Source: the human T2T-CHM13v2.0 reference genome, Homo sapiens. From it: a stretch of 64,000 nt of DNA. The number at the start of each line of letters is the position of its first letter. Positions within the stretch are counted from its first letter, which is position 1. Position numbers and translations under genes: made by a program. Below, piece after piece: positions 60,281 to 64,000 of the stretch. The notes beneath the pieces are model-generated. The model was not told the DNA's origin. It ran no database searches and saw only the letters and a program-made list of their open reading frames with translations. The stretch lies in assembly GCF_009914755.1 (NCBI RefSeq), contig NC_060926.1. One strand, written 5' to 3'.

Positions 60281-61989
60281 AGAAATTGCACTGTTTCATT
60301 ATAGTCCAGAAATATGTACACATATATATCATTGCACAAAATAGCAAATTATGTATAAAAGAGCACATTCAATTGTTTCTTAAATATTAAAGCTTTGTGA
60401 CTTTGCCAGGAAAGTTTCCAACATATGTCTAATCTTTTTATAGTGCTTTGAGTAAGATTTTCTAGAATTTAATTGCAACATATGCAGTAAGTGAGAATGT
60501 TTTCTTCAACACAGAGATAAGCTATTTACAATAGGTTTCTTGCCTTTGTTGACTATCTGGAGTTAGAAAACAAATATTTTTGTATTAATGTAAAATAGGT
60601 CTTTTGTCCTAACAGCTTTGTTAGAATATTGAGAGGAGAAATGAATGTCACTCATCTGATAGATTTTAGAATCTGAAATATTATCTCCTTTAACTTTTAA
60701 TGTCTGTCTTCTCATCAAGCACACACACACACATGCACACATTTATGCACGTGACCATGCACTCTTGATGTTTCTCATTCACATGGCTAATTATTTTCTT
60801 ACAGTGTAGAAAGACCCCCAAATACATACAAATTGAAATGTTTGTGGCACTATTTTTTTCCTGAGAGTAAATTTAATTATATAATTTCATATGTGTTGCT
60901 GATGTATTTCAAGGTATTAAATTGTTTAATGAGTTCCCTAACTTTATGACCTACTGAGAGTAACACTGTTTTCTTTTGTTAATATTTGTGCCTAAACTGT
61001 CCTCAAGTAGCAATTACTCACCATTTCTACTCTCCATTCATATCCTTTCCCTTCCATTTTCTTTGCTTTCCTTTCCATGGATATGATCTTATTTATTGAA
61101 TCAGACATACTAGCTGAGGAAGTATTGTTCTCCAAAACAGAAAGGATGGTTTAAAGTTCAGAGTTTACTTGGCTCTTTGTATCAACATCTTCATAACCCG
61201 TAATTGTTTTAAAAATTCATTAGTCGGGATATAAGAGGAAAAAGAACTATAGAAGTAAGATAGTATACTACTTTCCCCTTCCATTTTGTTTTCTTTATTC
61301 TCTCTTTCAACATTATCTTCTGTGGGTATATGAAAACCAGTTGCTGGCCAAGCCAAGTTTCATTAGTGACTCTGGCAACATCCCCAACTCATTCCTCCTA
61401 CTACCCACGTTTTATACCCACATTTTAAGGATAACAATTATAGAAGCTCTTGTGTGCCAAGGATGGAAGAAGTCTAAAGAGCACATTCTTAAGACCATAT
61501 TCTCAACAACTATTCCTGTATTCTAATAAAGCTAGATTCTTTGCATGTTGAAAACAAAATCTTTTAGAATGACAACTGCCAAATTTTCTTGATATGGTAA
61601 TGGATAATGGAGTCATATATATTGAAGAGAATACGTGTTAATTGATATGAACTTTTCATAAACATAAAAACAATTACAGTTCTCTTTTATTGATCTACAG
61701 CTTCTCTAATAAATACTCTATTTATCTAGAGTGGTAAAAATCTGGATGAAAAATTGTAGACACAGAATCTCACATTAAAAAGCACATCTACTAGTGGCAT
61801 GGCATAAAAGATGAGATCCTGACTGAAAATATTATGTAATGCCCTACATTTTTTATTTTCCTTCATGCATTTAATAAATATTTATTACTTTTCTTTTTAT
61901 TTGTTTTCTTTCTGTGATAAAGGACAGCAAGTTATAATGCAAAATATAGTATAGTGAAAGGTTCTTATTTTTGTTTGTCATTTGTTTGT

Positions 61990-62110
61990 CATATGGCCTT
62001 GGTCAAGTCACGTAAACATTTTTGAACCTTGGATTTCTTTTCCCATAAATGGCAATAAAAATACTGTCTAGGAGTCTTTTCTCATAGTAATGTTGTGAAG
62101 AATGTACAAT
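61990..62110 (+). mobile_element. MIR fragment
   Basis: tggccttggtcaagtcacgtaaacatttttgaaccttggatttctttt...gttgtgaagaat. Confidence 0.55.
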
Positions 62111-62600
62111 ATACTTGATAAATTTGCTTTGAAAAATTAAAAAGAGATATACTCATTGTAGTTACTATTAATTCCCTGATATTGTCTTATTCTTACAGTA
62201 TACCTATAACTCAAGAGCAACAAATCTATTTTACTATACAATTCAAATAAAACTGTATCAAAATGTTTTCTGGCTTTTCCCATAGTTAAGAATGCAGAAT
62301 CAAGAAACACTTTATTGTGGATTCTTCTAATCATAATGTTACATATTGAGAAAATTACTTATCTTGTAGAAAGTAAATGCTCTTGCAATTTTTGTACATG
62401 TAAATTATAGGTAAACATGTGCATATAAATTTATATAGACATGTATAAATATATATATACATATCGATATATAAAATGTGGATATGTGTATATGTTTTAT
62501 ATAATATAAAGTATAAAATAAACAATAATTTTAAAAAGGCATTGGAAAACCGAACAGAACCTGACAATATGGGTTCCAGGTGTTAAGAATAACCCATGCA

Positions 62601-62655
62601 TTCGTGTATCCTATAAATATATACACCTACTATGTACCAATAATAATTTTTTAAA
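62601..62655 (+). mobile_element. Extremely 5'-truncated L1MA-type 3' end (55 bp) with perfect 16-bp TSD
   Basis: tgtatcctataaatatatacacctactatgtacc matches the L1MA1-3 terminus. Flanked by aagaataacccatgca at 62585-62600 and 62656-62671. Confidence 0.8.
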
Positions 62656-64000
62656 AAGAATAACCCATGCAAATAACTTCTATTACTAGCATGATTCTAA
62701 AAATATTTTACCATAAAATTCTCAAACTACCTTAAAATGCCTTTCAGGTGAATCATGTTAATTCAGTTATTTGTTTTTATTGAAGAGTGTAGGATGTGGA
62801 ATTAGGAATTCTGTCTTCAACCTTCTGAAAAAAAATACTGAAGTAAATATGCAAAAATTTAACTGTCAGGGTTAGAGGTACAAAGACAAGAACCAAGGAG
62901 AGATATGAAGATTGCAATACAGCTATATATCATATATATATATATAAAATACCTCATCTGTTACATGGCATTGAAGTGCAATTGAAAGGAAACAACTGAA
63001 TAGATTTTGAAAATAGTATTTATAACCCATGCAGAAGCAACAATATTTGTGTGGCTATTGTTTTATTTTTTATATTTTTGTGTTTTAGTAATTTTTTAAA
63101 CCAGTTTTCTTTTCTAAATATAAGGTAAGTTATTATAAAATAAAATATTAAAAGGCATAAAAAGTCATCCTGGTGATATATAAAATTAAAAAATCTGTAA
63201 TTATTTGTTTGACAGTTAACTTCAAATTTTCTGTTTCTCAATTAAAAAAACCTGTATAGACATTTTATGTCCTGTAATGTCGTCATTAAATCTTATACTA
63301 ATGTTTAGTATTTGCATCTGAGGTAGAACTTCTTTGTTCGTTCTTAAACTACTATGTAAATGAAGATAAGACACTCTTTCAAATTCTATGAAAGCATTAC
63401 AAGGCATGAAGAGATAAACAAGATACTGATTGCTCAAAGAGGTTTAAAACTCTGTTTCATACCTTGCTTTTCATTTTAAGAATTATCAAAAGAGACCATG
63501 TTAAGGAAACATTTTAGATAAATATTTTTCTTTTATTTTTTAAGTTCTGATGTTTAATATTGTACCACACTGGGGCAGCAGTCAGCAAGATTAGTTTTCT
63601 TAAATAAAAATCTGTCACAATTACCTGGTGTATGGCTTTTATTTAGAAGGCTAATAGTAAGTTTACATTTCCTTTTTTCATATATTTGGCTTCATAATTA
63701 TCACCTGCTTGTAGTGTAATTGTGAGAGGATAATTCCTAGACACTTTTGATTCATCAAAGTTATTTGTGTACCAGATCAGCCTCTAAAATCCTATAAATG
63801 ACATAAGCCCATTAATGTAAGATATCTCTTACATATTTATTTTAAAATTAATGATGAGAAGTAACACAATTATTTCTATAGTTTCATTTGTATTATCTGT
63901 CTCCCATTTCAACGTTTTGTCTTCATATGTTATTATGGTAATAACATCCACATAGAAAGGAAATTAGTTTCAAATATACTTTCCTCTGATACTAATGTTA

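Overview
Eukaryotic, AT-rich human genomic DNA. A near-consensus AluYa5 at 26.6 kb points to Homo sapiens. The window holds about 17 kb of upstream sequence, a CpG-island promoter, and the first coding exon of ZNF804A (+ strand, 17649-17759, [37 protein letters not shown], followed by a GT donor). The remaining ~46 kb is the start of intron 1, and I found no second exon. The rest is interspersed repeats (Alu, L1, L2, MIR, MaLR/ERVL LTRs, hAT and Tigger MITEs) and microsatellites. Almost all ORFs in the track are repeat-derived or chance ORFs. I see no new gene system. The most unusual signals are local template-copy scars: a ~112-bp copy of the downstream flank inserted inside an L1PA element with microhomology, an exact 21-mer repeated 2.65 kb away, a nested palindrome cluster, and a microsatellite-bounded tandem duplication. 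Also notable are two uORFs ahead of a weak-context ZNF804A start codon. Repeat subfamily names come from remembered consensus motifs and need RepeatMasker/Dfam confirmation; boundaries of old repeats are approximate.
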